Origin: an uncultured Actinomycetes bacterium
Lineage (GTDB): Bacteria > Actinomycetota > UBA4738 > HRBIN12
NCBI GenBank assembly: GCA_963785835.1
Contig: CAWAWO010000004.1
Span: 204,706 to 268,705, forward strand
Direction: 5' to 3'
DNA: 64,000 nucleotides
In this document: positions 9,382-19,036 of the stretch, one piece after another
Position numbering within the stretch: the first letter of the stretch is position 1
Layout: every line of letters starts with the position of its first letter
Notes under the pieces: generated by a model
Databases searched by the model: none
The model's input: the letters and a program-made list of their open reading frames with translations, nothing else
What the model was told of the DNA's origin: nothing
Made by a program: the position numbers and the translations under genes

Positions 9382-10155
9382 CTAGCCGACGACGATCGCG
9401 CCGGTCATCTCCGGGTGGATCATGCACGCGTAGGTGACCGGGCCGTTCCCGTCGACCGCGACGCTGAACGTGTCACCAGGTTCGAGCGTCCCCGAGTCGA
9501 AAGCCCCGCCGTCGGCCGTGACCGTGTGGGGCGCCTGGTCGTCGTTCGTCCACGTCACCTCGGTGCCGGCGTCGACCGTGAGCTCGACCGGGTCGAAGGC
9601 GAAGTTGCTGATCGACACCTCGTCGGGGCTCGCGGTCGGAGCGCCCTCGGCGAGCGGCGCGTCCGCGCGCACCTCGAGGAACCCTTCCATCCCGCGGTCG
9701 TCGTGCCCCTGGACGAGGCACTCCACCTTGTAGAGGCCGGGCGCCAGATCCAGCGTGAGCTCGGTCGTCTCGCCGGGTTGCAGCAGGTTCGTCTCGGCCT
9801 TGAGGCCGTCCTCGTCGCCGCTCCCGGAGCCGCTCGAGTCGTCCTCGCCCTCCACCTCGATCTCGAACCCGTGCCCGATCGTTCCGCGGTTCGCGACGAC
9901 GAACGTGACGTCGCCGGGCCTGATGGCGCCGGCCTCGAGCGTGAGCGCCCACTCGCCGAGCGCGACGTCGAGTCCGCCCTCGCGTGGGTCGACCGTGCCG
10001 CCTCCGGCGGCGCCGGGTGGCGCGGACGCGGCATCGCCTTGCCGGGCCGACGCGCCCGTGGGAGCGTTCGCTGTCGCGGACGAGCCATCGTCACCTGCGC
10101 CGCCGCACGCAGCGAGCAGGAACGCGGTCACGATGATCGCCGTCGCACGTCTCAT
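9382..10155 (-). CDS. lipoprotein with two cupredoxin domains
   Basis: ATG 10155, lipobox FLLAAC. Domain 1: GHGFEIEV...YKVECLVQGHDDRGMEG. Domain 2: APHTVTADGG...YACMIHPEMTGAIVV (amicyanin/halocyanin-like C-x2-H-x2-M). Confidence 0.8.
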   Translation of the reverse strand: MRRATAIIVTAFLLAACGGAGDDGSSATANAPTGASARQGDAASAPPGAAGGGTVDPREGGLDVALGEWALTLEAGAIRPGDVTFVVANRGTIGHGFEIEVEGEDDSSGSGSGDEDGLKAETNLLQPGETTELTLDLAPGLYKVECLVQGHDDRGMEGFLEVRADAPLAEGAPTASPDEVSISNFAFDPVELTVDAGTEVTWTNDDQAPHTVTADGGAFDSGTLEPGDTFSVAVDGNGPVTYACMIHPEMTGAIVVG

Positions 10156-10202
10156 GCCATCGACGGTACGGGTGGTCCGGTTAACGGCAGGCAAACCGCC
10201 GG

Positions 10203-11117
10203 TTACGGGATCTGCTGCTCCTGCGGGGTCGGCGCGCGCGCGAGGCTCGCCGTCACGGCACCGACCAGGATCAGCAGGCCGCCGAGCGCCACGCCGAGCG
10301 TCACCGACTCGTCGAGGAAGACGAACCCGAGGATCGCGGCGGCGAGCGGCTCCATAGCGGAGACGATCGCCGTTCGAACCGCGCCGATCCTGGCGAGGGC
10401 TTCCATCAACAGGAAGAACGCGCCGGCGGACGCCAGGCCCATGCCGACGAGCGGTCCCCATTCGGGCGCTCCGGACGGCAGTTCCCAGTGGCCGACCACG
10501 TTCGCGTACACGAAGAGTCCGACCGAAGCGCCCGCGCTGATCCACAACGCGCCGGTAAGCGCGGTCGTGCGTTGGATGAACAGGTCGACCCCGGTGAGGT
10601 ACGCGCTGTAGGTCGCGGCCGTCGTGAGCGCGAGCACGACGCCGACCCCGTCGATCGCCAGACCGGCTCCTGCGCCGACCACGATCGCCGCGCCTGCCAC
10701 GGCGCACAAAAGCGCGATGAGGGTCAGCCGCGCCGGCAGGTGGCCGCCGAGCGCCCACGCCCACACCGTGACGAACACCGGATAGGTGAAGAACAGCAGC
10801 GTGACGGCGGCGACCGTCCCGTGCTGGGTGGAGGTGAAGAACAGGGTCGCCTCGATCGCGTAGCCGAACAGGGCGAGGAGGACGAGTCGCAGACGCTCGC
10901 CCCGTTCGGCGAGGAGCGGTCGTCTCGTGATGAGGAGCGCGGTCATCAGCACGAGGGCTCCGATCGCGAAACGGATCGAGAGCATCGACTCAACGGGGAC
11001 GCCTCGCTCGAGGACGTGACGGCCCCAGATGATGATGGAGCCGAACAGCAACGCCGAGCCGGCGGCCGCGGTCCCACCGAGCAGGTCGGCGCGGGCGTGG
11101 GCGTTGGCGTCGCTCAC
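10203..11117 (-). CDS. EamA/DMT-family transporter
   Basis: 304 aa with about 10 hydrophobic helices in two EamA-like halves. GTG 11117 lies 2 nt after the TGA of the upstream gene. Confidence 0.8.
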   Translation of the reverse strand: MSDANAHARADLLGGTAAAGSALLFGSIIIWGRHVLERGVPVESMLSIRFAIGALVLMTALLITRRPLLAERGERLRLVLLALFGYAIEATLFFTSTQHGTVAAVTLLFFTYPVFVTVWAWALGGHLPARLTLIALLCAVAGAAIVVGAGAGLAIDGVGVVLALTTAATYSAYLTGVDLFIQRTTALTGALWISAGASVGLFVYANVVGHWELPSGAPEWGPLVGMGLASAGAFFLLMEALARIGAVRTAIVSAMEPLAAAILGFVFLDESVTLGVALGGLLILVGAVTASLARAPTPQEQQIP

Positions 11118-11119
11118 GC

Positions 11120-11830
11120 TCAGACGAGCTCGATGCGCATCCGCTTGAACGCCTTGCCTTTGCTCTCGGTCTTGGCCACCCGGACGCGGCCGACCTCGGC
11201 CGTCGAACGCACGTGGGTCCCGCCGTCGGCCTGCTTGTCGATCCCCTCGATGTCGATCACGCGGATCGGATCCACGGCCTCGGGGATCAGGTTCACCTTC
11301 GTCCGGATCAGGTCGGGATCCGCGAGCGCTTCCGACCTCGGCAGGAAACTCACGTGGACGGGCGCGTCGGACTCGAGGGCCGCGTTCAGGCGCTCCTCGA
11401 CCTCCCGGCCGAACTCCGCCGACATCGCGTCGAGCTCGAAGTCCATCCTGGCGGCCCCCGGCTCGGAGATGTTCCCGCCGGTGACCTTGGCGCCGAAACC
11501 CGTGAACACGATCCCCGACAGCGCGTGCAGCGCGGTGTGGGTGCGCATCAGGGCGTGACGGCGTTCCCAGTCGATCTCGGCCGTGACGGCCGTGCCCGGC
11601 GCGGGCGGCTCTCCATCGACCGCGTGCAGGAGCTTCCCGCCCTGCTTGAACGTGTCGGTGACGGCGACCTCGCCGCCGTCCCATCGCAGCACGCCGGTGT
11701 CGCCGGGTTGCCCACCGCTGCGCGCGTAGAACACGGTCCGGTCGAGGACGACGCCGTCGTCGGTCGCCTCGACCACCGTTGCGTCGCAGTTCGCGGCGTA
11801 CGCGTCGGTCGAATAGAGCTCCTCGGTCAT
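11120..11830 (-). CDS. alaX: alanyl-tRNA editing protein (AlaX-type, tRNA synthetase second additional domain)
   Basis: 236 aa with DAYAANCDATVV, HTALHAL (HxxxH) and DKQADGGTHV motifs. Confidence 0.85.
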   Translation of the reverse strand: MTEELYSTDAYAANCDATVVEATDDGVVLDRTVFYARSGGQPGDTGVLRWDGGEVAVTDTFKQGGKLLHAVDGEPPAPGTAVTAEIDWERRHALMRTHTALHALSGIVFTGFGAKVTGGNISEPGAARMDFELDAMSAEFGREVEERLNAALESDAPVHVSFLPRSEALADPDLIRTKVNLIPEAVDPIRVIDIEGIDKQADGGTHVRSTAEVGRVRVAKTESKGKAFKRMRIELV

Positions 11831-11839
11831 CGCCCGAGC

Positions 11840-12385
11840 CTACTCGACCACCTGGATCTCGAAGGCGCCCGGGAACGACCGCTCGCCCGCGCGGATCGGG
11901 ACGGCGAGCCAGTTCTCCCCCGGCGGGATCGGACAGGACCAGTCCGGGTTGTACGCGCAGTACGGGTTGTAGGCGACGTTGAGGTCGACCGTGACGCGCC
12001 GGTCCGGGTCCGGCGGCTCGACCTCGAGGTAGCGGCCGGCGCCGTAGGACTCCTTCCCGCTCGTGGCGTCCCGGAACGGCACGAACAGCTCGTGCATGTC
12101 GGGCGAGGCGAAGAGCGTCAGGCTCGCCGGCTCCCCCTCGACCTCGAAGCGCACGACGCCGGCACGCCGGTAGACCTGCCGGCCGCCGGTCGTCGTCTGC
12201 ATCTCGATGCGCTCGTCGAGGTCGACGCCCTCGGTCTCGAGCTCGGCGCGGATCGCCAGCGCCGGGTCCTCGTCGAAGTACCGGAGTCCGTCGAACGCCG
12301 CCCGTTGCTCGGGCGTGAGCGGCGAGCGCGGGTCGTCGCGGAAGAACGCGTCCTTCGCGGCTCGGAACTCCTCCAGCTCGGTCAT
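11840..12385 (-). CDS. DUF1684 domain protein
   Basis: 181 aa with LFVPFRDATSGKESYGAGRYLE...DLNVAYNPYCAYNPDWSCPIPPGEN, characteristic of DUF1684. Confidence 0.85.
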   Translation of the reverse strand: MTELEEFRAAKDAFFRDDPRSPLTPEQRAAFDGLRYFDEDPALAIRAELETEGVDLDERIEMQTTTGGRQVYRRAGVVRFEVEGEPASLTLFASPDMHELFVPFRDATSGKESYGAGRYLEVEPPDPDRRVTVDLNVAYNPYCAYNPDWSCPIPPGENWLAVPIRAGERSFPGAFEIQVVE

Positions 12386-12410
12386 GCTCGGTTCAACCCT
12401 CGCCAGGGCC

Positions 12411-13202
12411 TCATCCGTTCCCGGCGATGAACGAGGAGACGCGCGCCACGAGCTCGGGGACCTTCTCGAACAGCTCCTGCTGGCTCTCGAACTCGATCAG
12501 CTCGGCGTTCGGCAGCAGGCCGGCGAGGATCCGGCCGAGCTCCGCAGGATGGATCTCGTCGCCCTCGATGCACACGATCTGCGTGGGGATCTCGACCGTG
12601 CGGAGCACCTCTCGGTCCGGGATCGGCCAGTCGTCGACGACGCCGTGGATCGCCCTGGCGAGGCCGTCGGGATCTCGGTGCTGCCACAGCACGCGGTCGA
12701 TCTCCAGTCGCCACGGGGTCTCCACGTACTCGGAGAGCCGGCGGGGGTCGTCGAGCACCGCGGCGAGCGCCTCCTCCGGGGTCTTGCCTTCGAGGTCACC
12801 GGCGAGCTCGTGGTACCGGCCGGCGAGCGGGAACGGCATGTCGAGACCGGCGGGCAGCAGCCACACCATGCGTTCGAATCGATCGGGCGCCCGGCAGACG
12901 AGGTTCCCGATCGCGCCGGCGCCGAGCGAGGTCCCGACCGCCACGGTCGCGCCGAACGCGTCCGCGACCGCGTCGACGTCGCGCGCGAAGTCCTCGAACC
13001 CGAACGCCTTCGGATCCGCGGGCGAGCTCGACCGGCCGTGGCCGCGGAAGTCGAACCGGACCTTCGTCCCAGGGACGAGCGGCGTGAACGCCGCGAGCTC
13101 GTTCCGGTTGTTGGTCAGCCCGTGCGCGAGCACGGTGACGGGTTCGCCCTCGCCCTCGATCTCGCAGTAGAGCGTCGCGTCGTCGGTCGTGATCTCGGGC
13201 AC
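12411..13202 (-). CDS. alpha/beta hydrolase
   Basis: 263 aa with VTVLAHGLTNN and nucleophile elbow GTSLGA. Confidence 0.8.
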   Translation of the reverse strand: MPEITTDDATLYCEIEGEGEPVTVLAHGLTNNRNELAAFTPLVPGTKVRFDFRGHGRSSSPADPKAFGFEDFARDVDAVADAFGATVAVGTSLGAGAIGNLVCRAPDRFERMVWLLPAGLDMPFPLAGRYHELAGDLEGKTPEEALAAVLDDPRRLSEYVETPWRLEIDRVLWQHRDPDGLARAIHGVVDDWPIPDREVLRTVEIPTQIVCIEGDEIHPAELGRILAGLLPNAELIEFESQQELFEKVPELVARVSSFIAGNG

Positions 13203-13242
13203 CGGCTCAACCTATCGAACGGCGACCGTAGGATGGACCGAC

Positions 13243-13530
13243 GTGAGCGACATCGCCGTCACCCGTGAGCCGAACGGCGAGGACGCCGACCCGATGCGGT
13301 TCCGGGTCGTCGTCGACGACGGCGGTTCGAGCACCGAGCACGACGTCACGGCCTCGACGGCGGATGTCGAACGGCTCGCGGGCGGCAGGACGCCCGAAGC
13401 GTTCGTGAAGGCCTGCTTCGAGTTCCTCCTGGAGCGCGAGCCCAAGGAGTCGATCCTGCGAGCCTTCGACGTGGCCGTGATCGGCCGCTACTTCCCGGAG
13501 TTCGAACGCGAGATCAGCCGGCGGCCTTGA
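13243..13530 (+). CDS. hypothetical protein
   Basis: High-GC3 ORF ending ...ACFEFLLEREPKESILRAFDVAVIGRYFPEFEREI. The start is uncertain (GTG 13243 or ATG about 13294). Confidence 0.45.
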   Translation: MSDIAVTREPNGEDADPMRFRVVVDDGGSSTEHDVTASTADVERLAGGRTPEAFVKACFEFLLEREPKESILRAFDVAVIGRYFPEFEREISRRP

Positions 13531-14053
13531 CGGCCGCAAGCACCCGGCGAGCCTGGTCCAGATGGAACCGGTCGTGGCCGGCGATCATCGTGAAGGTGAG
13601 GTCGTAGCTCTCGGGTCCGCGTTCGGAATGGACGCCGAAGCGCGTCCGCTCCGCCTCGGTCGAACGCGCCCACAGCGCGAGGTTGGCGCGTCGCAGCGCA
13701 TCGAACGTCGCGAGCAGCTCCTCGGGGTCGTCCTTCCCGTGTTCGAGGCGATCGACCCACAGGTCCTGGTCGTAACCGATCAGCGGCGGCTCGTCGTGCG
13801 CGACGATCCAGCGGTACCGGCCCGAGCACACGACCTCCGCGTCCGTCGCGTGCCCCAGACATTCGAGCACGGACCACTCGCCGGGCTCGGGGCGTTCGGC
13901 GACGCGAGAGCCGGCCTCGCCGATCAGCGAGCGCCAGGCGTCAGCGGTGGAGGCCTGTACCTCGGCCGGGTCGTCGTCGCCGACGAGCCCAACCAGATGC
14001 TGCTGATAGGCAGCGGCCTCGGTGACCGGATCGGGCGAGGGAACGCGTTCCAC
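13514..14053 (-). CDS. DinB-family (DinB_2) metal-dependent protein
   Basis: 179 aa with WSVLECLGHATDAE...MIAGHDRFHLDQ. GTG start directly abuts the stop of the upstream MFS gene. Confidence 0.8.
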   Translation of the reverse strand: MERVPSPDPVTEAAAYQQHLVGLVGDDDPAEVQASTADAWRSLIGEAGSRVAERPEPGEWSVLECLGHATDAEVVCSGRYRWIVAHDEPPLIGYDQDLWVDRLEHGKDDPEELLATFDALRRANLALWARSTEAERTRFGVHSERGPESYDLTFTMIAGHDRFHLDQARRVLAAVKAAG

Positions 14054-15426
14054 CTACCCCACCTCCACGACGTCGTCTTGGGGAGCGAACTCCTCTCGGA
14101 TCGAGCGAGCCCATCGCGCGACGAGCCCGGTCAGGACCAGGAACACCACGCCCGAGACGACCAGGATCATCCGCACCTGACCCGGATCGTTCTCGACCCA
14201 GACGAACGACAGGATCAGGGCCGGCACGATGAACCCGAGGTTGTACGCGATGTCGAACAGCGCGAACGCGCGTCCGCGGAAGTCGTCGGGCATCGCCTGC
14301 TGCACGATCGTGTCGGCCGAGATCTTCGCCGAGGAAGAACGAGAAGAAGCCGGAGAACAGCAGCGCCGGCGAACCCCGCGAGCGACACCCAGAGCCCGAA
14401 CACGACCGTCCCGGCGCCGAGCAGCGCATCGAGCCGAGCAGCAGACGGATCGGCGGCGACCGTGTCCTTCCACCGCTGCGCGAGCACCATGCCGAGCACA
14501 CCTCCGATCGAGCCCGCGCCCGCCGACGAGGCCGAGCGCGACACTGCGGCCTCGCCGCCCTCGACGAGGTTCTTCGCGTACAGCGCGAACGTGAACAGCG
14601 TGAAGCCCCAGAACTGGTAGCGGATCATCTGGAACGACGACGAGCCCGAGCGCGGCCGGGCGGACGCGCGGCGAGCTCGCGGATCCCGTCGACGATGTCG
14701 CGCAGGACCGCGTCGCTTCCTGCGCCGAAGCTGGTTCGGTGCGCCGAGCCTCCATCCGCTGACGCATGCGCTTGCGCGACGATCGCCGCGGCAACGAGCA
14801 GCCCGGCGCCCACCGACGACCACGAGCCAGGCGGCAGCGCGGCGCCGGACCCGAACGCGAATCCGACCCCCAGCACCTGGAACAGCGCGCCGCCGGCCTG
14901 CGACAGACCGTTGCCCTGGATCAGGTCCTTGCCCGAGAGCACGTCGGGCATCGCCGCCGACTTCACGGCCAGCACGATGCGGACGCACCCCTGCATCGGC
15001 GAGCATCCCGAGCGATCACGAGCCCGACGGTGGTCGCCGACATCGCCCTCGGTCGTGTCGTTGCCGAGCGGGAGCATCGCGACCGAGCGCGATCGCCGGA
15101 CAGATCGCGGCGGTCGCGATGTTCGAGTCCGAGAGCACGACTTGCGCCGTTCGAAGCGGTCGATGAACACGCCGATGAACGGCGCTGATGAACGTGTACG
15201 GGACGTAGAGCGCGAGCACGACCTTCAGCAGGTAGTCGGCGGTCGGGACGGTGGTGATCGTCGAACCCCTCCTGGCCGCCGAACGCGATCGACTTGGCGA
15301 TCGAGCCGCGGCACCACGCCCGTCGGCCGCCATCGCCAGGAACTGCACGCCCATCAGCGCGGCGAAGTCCGCGTTCGAGAAGACCGAGAACATGCCGTTG
15401 AAGAACCGGCCGAAGCCGTTCAGCAC
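14054..15426 (-). pseudogene. MFS transporter, reading frame broken about 10 times in this assembly
   Basis: Ordered fragments in alternating frames: MFSVFSNADFAALMGVQFLAMAADG / GSIAKSIAFGGQEGFD / ITTVPTADYLLKVVLALYVPYTFISA / FIGVFIDRFERRK / VVLSDSNIATAAICPAIAL / SVAMLPLGNDTTEGDV / ATTVGLVIA / GCSPMQGCVRIVLAVKSAAMPDVLSGKDLIQGNGLSQAGGALFQVLGVGFAFGSG... / SSFQMIRYQFWGFTLFTFALYAKNLVEGG...GFAG / LLFSGFFSFFLG / ISADTIVQQAMPDDFRGRAFALFDIAYNLGF...VEVG*. The 5' end is uncertain. Confidence 0.7.
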
Positions 15427-17452
15427 GCGCAGGATCGGACGGGTGCCGAACCGTAGCCCGGCGGCGATCGCCGTCGCCAGCCCGAGGGACGCCCACCCCT
15501 GCGCCACGTCGAACGGCGCCCGCGTGGCGGCCACCACCACGATCCCCGGACAGCACCGTGAGCGCGATCGAGATCCCGGGCACGAGGGCCACCTTCAGCC
15601 ACGCGTCGTCGAGCTCGAACCACCCGGCCGCGATCGCCCCGGGCACCACGAGCAACAGTCCGAGCGCGAACAGCACCCACAGCGTGTGTCCGAGGTTGCC
15701 GAAGACCCCCGGGTGGTCGGCGTAGAAGGCCGCCACCTCGGCCTCGGCGTCCCGCGCCGCGGTGAGGGCGGCCTCCGACGGGACGGACAACCCCTCTCCC
15801 GTCACGACGGCGATGTCGCTCCCCAGGACGACCAGCTCGCCGGGCGCCTCGTCCAGCAGGTCCTCGTTCACCGTGTCCTCGTTGAACTGCCGGACGAGGA
15901 ACGCGACCGGCGGGCCCGTGTACTCCTCGCGCAGCTCCGTCAGCTCACGGTGGAAACCGCGAGACATCTTGTTGTAGGTGTCGTCGGTGAGCACGGTGGG
16001 CTGGTCGGCGAGGAAGTCGTCCACCTCGCCGAAGTACGTCATCGACCGCTTGACGGCGTCGCCGGGCAGGCCGGTCCGGGAGACGTTCGTGAACGTCTTC
16101 GACCACCCGTACGACTGGTACGTGTCCCCGAAGTTCACGATGAACACGATCGGCGAGTCCTCCGGCGTGTTCTCCACGATCGCGTTCGCCGCGGTCAGCG
16201 CCGTTCGGGTGGGCTGGTCGATCCACTGGCTGTCGGGGTCGGCCCAGTGCGACGTCTCACGTCCGGAGACCCAGATGTACCCGAACGAGCCCACGATCAC
16301 GAGCGATGCGACGACGCCTGCGATCTTCGCGAGGCCGTCCCGCTTCCACAGCCACTTGATCGCGACGTACGCGCCGAGTCCGCCGAGCGCGAACAGCGCG
16401 ACGGTGGCGTTCATGAACCGGTAGTACGGGTACGCCGCGCCGGTGAGCCATCCGAAGATGCCGATGAACGGCAGCAGCATCAGGGCCGAGATCGATCCGA
16501 ACTGGTCGGAGGGCTCACGATCCTTCCGCGCCCGCCAGATCGTCCATCCGATCGCGAGGAGGACGAGCGGCACGAGGATCGCCGGCTGCAGCGAGTCCAC
16601 CCACCCGTCGAGCCGCTTGAGGAAGACGTCCTTCGTGTACGGCGGAGGAAGGGCGGCGTCGGCGAGCGAGCCCGTGACGCCCCACGGCGCGACGAGCCAC
16701 GTCGCGAGGCCGAAGACCATCCCGAACCCGGTCGCCATCAGGGACGGTCCGAGCTCCTTGAGCGGAGGCCCGAGGTGGAACCTGCTCGTCAGCACCCGCA
16801 AGCCGAAGAACGCCATCAGCGAGAACCCGAAGATCACGCACGTGGTCGGGTGCGTGAACGCCGCGGCCACGCCGAACATGAACAGGGCGCTCCTCGCGCC
16901 CCACGACGTTCGGCCCGGTGGGAAGAACGCGAGGATCAGGGCCAGGAAGTACAGGACGGTGATGTTGTCGAGATAGCCGACGTACGGGGTGGTCATGCAC
17001 AACGCGGCCGTCGACAGCATCACGAGCAGGAACAGCAGCGGATCCTTGTGCGTGCGCCAGGAGAACGCCCCGAGCGCGAGGCCGGTCAGCGCCGGAACGC
17101 CGACCATCATGAACGCGCTGAACGTGTACAGGTCGATCCCGGCGACCCGCTGCAGGATCGATCCGTAGAGCGGAACCGTGACCCGGTAGCCGCCGCCGAA
17201 CATCGAGAACGGACCCCAGTCGCCCGCGATGAGGCCGGGGTCGTCGTTCATCATCAGGTTGGAGCGCCACGTGTACCAGGCGGGATCGCGCGTCGGGGCG
17301 CTGATCGAGGGGTCCTGCAGGAAGGTCCATCCGAACGCGAGCAGCACGATCGCGATCGCCGCGATCAGGATGAGGGGACTCGACAGCCGCCCCCGCCGTC
17401 CCGGCTCGGGAGCCTGAACGGCCGCCTCGGAGCGGTCCTTCGTCAACGCCAT
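15420..17452 (-). CDS. uncharacterised polytopic membrane protein, GT-C-like architecture (paralog 1 of 3); C-terminus disturbed by a frame break
   Basis: ATG 17452. TM-rich N-half with TRDPAWYTWRSN in the first loop, plus YVGYLDN and AAFTHP. A soluble region of about 200 aa follows, then C-terminal TMs. The frame slips at the C4/G4 run 15544-15547 (LTVLSG|IVVVAATRAPFDVAQGWASLGLATAIAAGLRF). The true stop is unresolved; the only nearby stop is TGA 15420-15422 in another frame. Confidence 0.7.
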
Positions 17453-17597
17453 CGTGTGCGGTGTCCCCCTCGGGCCGTCACGCTCAGCGGACGGGCTCTG
17501 TCGGCCTGGAGTCGGCAAAGGATACGCGACCCGCCTGCTCGAAACCCCGAAGCACGCCCGACGCAGGCACGATCGGCGGCCACGGATCCCAAGGCCA

Positions 17598-18974
17598 CTA
17601 CTGGTATCGGAGTGGCGGCTCGTCCGGGAACCGCTCCCCCACGCAGTCGGTCGGGAGCGGCAGCAGGTCCGCCGGACGCGGCCGCTGGTCGAACTCGAAC
17701 GAGTCGAAGAGCGGCGTGGCCATCCGGTCCCGCTCGGCGAGCTGCGGCAGGCTCCAGTTGTCCTCGATGAACCGCACCACCGAGGAGAACTCGGAGAGCT
17801 CGTGGCTCACGTGTCCGTGCTTCGCGTACGGAGAGATCACCTGCATCGGAGCCCGGATGCCGAATCCGAGGACGTCGACCTGCGGCGGCGGTTCGTGGTC
17901 GTAGAAGCCGCCGTAGTCGTCCCACGTGAGGAAGATCGCAGTCTCCTTCCACATCGGGCTCTCCATGACGGCGTTGACGATCCGCGTGGTCCACTCCTCG
18001 CCCCAGCAGAAGCTGTACTCGGGGTGATCCGAGACCTCGAAGCGCGGTGTCACCCACGTCACCGGCGGGAGGCGGTCCTCGTGGATGTGGCGCTCGAGGT
18101 CGTCGACCGGGAACACGTGGCGCGCCCACCGCTCCGGATCGCCGCGGACGTGCGAGATCGCCGAGTACGCGTTCCACAGGTAGCCGTTCTGGTACGGCGT
18201 CGCCGAGTAGTACGCCCACGGGATCCGCTTGCGATCGAGGAGGTCGCCGGCCGTTTCGATGTCGAAGCACGGAAAGGCGCGATCGGCGTTCCCCTCGGCG
18301 TCCTTCACACCGACCCACGCGTCGCTGAGCGAGTCGCAACCCCATGCCTTGAACAGTCCGGTCCTCCGGTGCCGGTAGCGGAGGGCGGCGCGGTCCTGGG
18401 CGGGGTTCTCGTAGGCGCCGGCGGACTGAGCGGCGATGGCGAACAGGTGGTTGGGGAACGACGGTCCGTGCGCCGACGTGAAGAAGTTGTCGAGCAGGAC
18501 GAACTGCTCGGCCCAGTGCCAGTGGTTCGGGTTGTCCTCCGGCAGGAACTGCGTGTAGGCGCCGAAATCGGCCGCCTCGCTCTGGTTGAACCCGTCCATC
18601 CTGCCCTCGTTCCAGGCTTCGATGGCGCAGTCGTAGCAGTGCTCGATGTCCGCGGGGAGCGCGTGGCGCGTCGCGGGGGTGAGCGGTCGCTCCTCGCCCC
18701 GGTCCATGCCGACCGTGACGCCGTTCGCGCCGGGGAACCGGCCGAACATGTGGTCGAAGGTCCGGTTCTCCTTCACGATGTAGAGGACCCGCTTGATCGG
18801 CGTCGCGGTGTCGAACCCTCGCGCGTCGACGGGATCGGGAGCGGTGCCGAACGGGATCGGCGGTTCCCACGTCGGCCGCCTCACCCCGGCAGCCCTCGTG
18901 CAGGCGGCGAGGAACGCGCCGGCGCCGAGGGCCGCTCCCCGCAGGAACGATCGTCTGGAATGCGGCCGATGCAT
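17598..18974 (-). CDS. phosphoesterase-family enzyme (phospholipase C / AcpA acid phosphatase family), Tat signal
   Basis: 458 aa with SRRSFLRGAALGAGAFLAAC and the family motif VKENRTFDHMFG. Confidence 0.85.
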   Translation of the reverse strand: MHRPHSRRSFLRGAALGAGAFLAACTRAAGVRRPTWEPPIPFGTAPDPVDARGFDTATPIKRVLYIVKENRTFDHMFGRFPGANGVTVGMDRGEERPLTPATRHALPADIEHCYDCAIEAWNEGRMDGFNQSEAADFGAYTQFLPEDNPNHWHWAEQFVLLDNFFTSAHGPSFPNHLFAIAAQSAGAYENPAQDRAALRYRHRRTGLFKAWGCDSLSDAWVGVKDAEGNADRAFPCFDIETAGDLLDRKRIPWAYYSATPYQNGYLWNAYSAISHVRGDPERWARHVFPVDDLERHIHEDRLPPVTWVTPRFEVSDHPEYSFCWGEEWTTRIVNAVMESPMWKETAIFLTWDDYGGFYDHEPPPQVDVLGFGIRAPMQVISPYAKHGHVSHELSEFSSVVRFIEDNWSLPQLAERDRMATPLFDSFEFDQRPRPADLLPLPTDCVGERFPDEPPLRYQ

Positions 18975-19036
18975 CGGCCGTCGAGTCTACCGAGGGGCCG
19001 TTCTCACCCCGGTGCGCTACGCGATCGCAGGAGCGC

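Noticed and set aside
14054-15547. Programmed ribosomal frameshifting, or a mosaic of many small genes, as an explanation for the alternating frames
   Set aside because: There are no slippery heptamers or downstream structures. There are too many switches in both directions, and the fragments reassemble into one ordinary MFS protein.
14963-17518. Single 851-aa ORF as drawn in the track
   Set aside because: Only residues from the ATG at 17452 down to about 15545 look like real membrane protein. Beyond that point the frame runs out of frame across the MFS gene (DRGGGRHAGAVRRG...).
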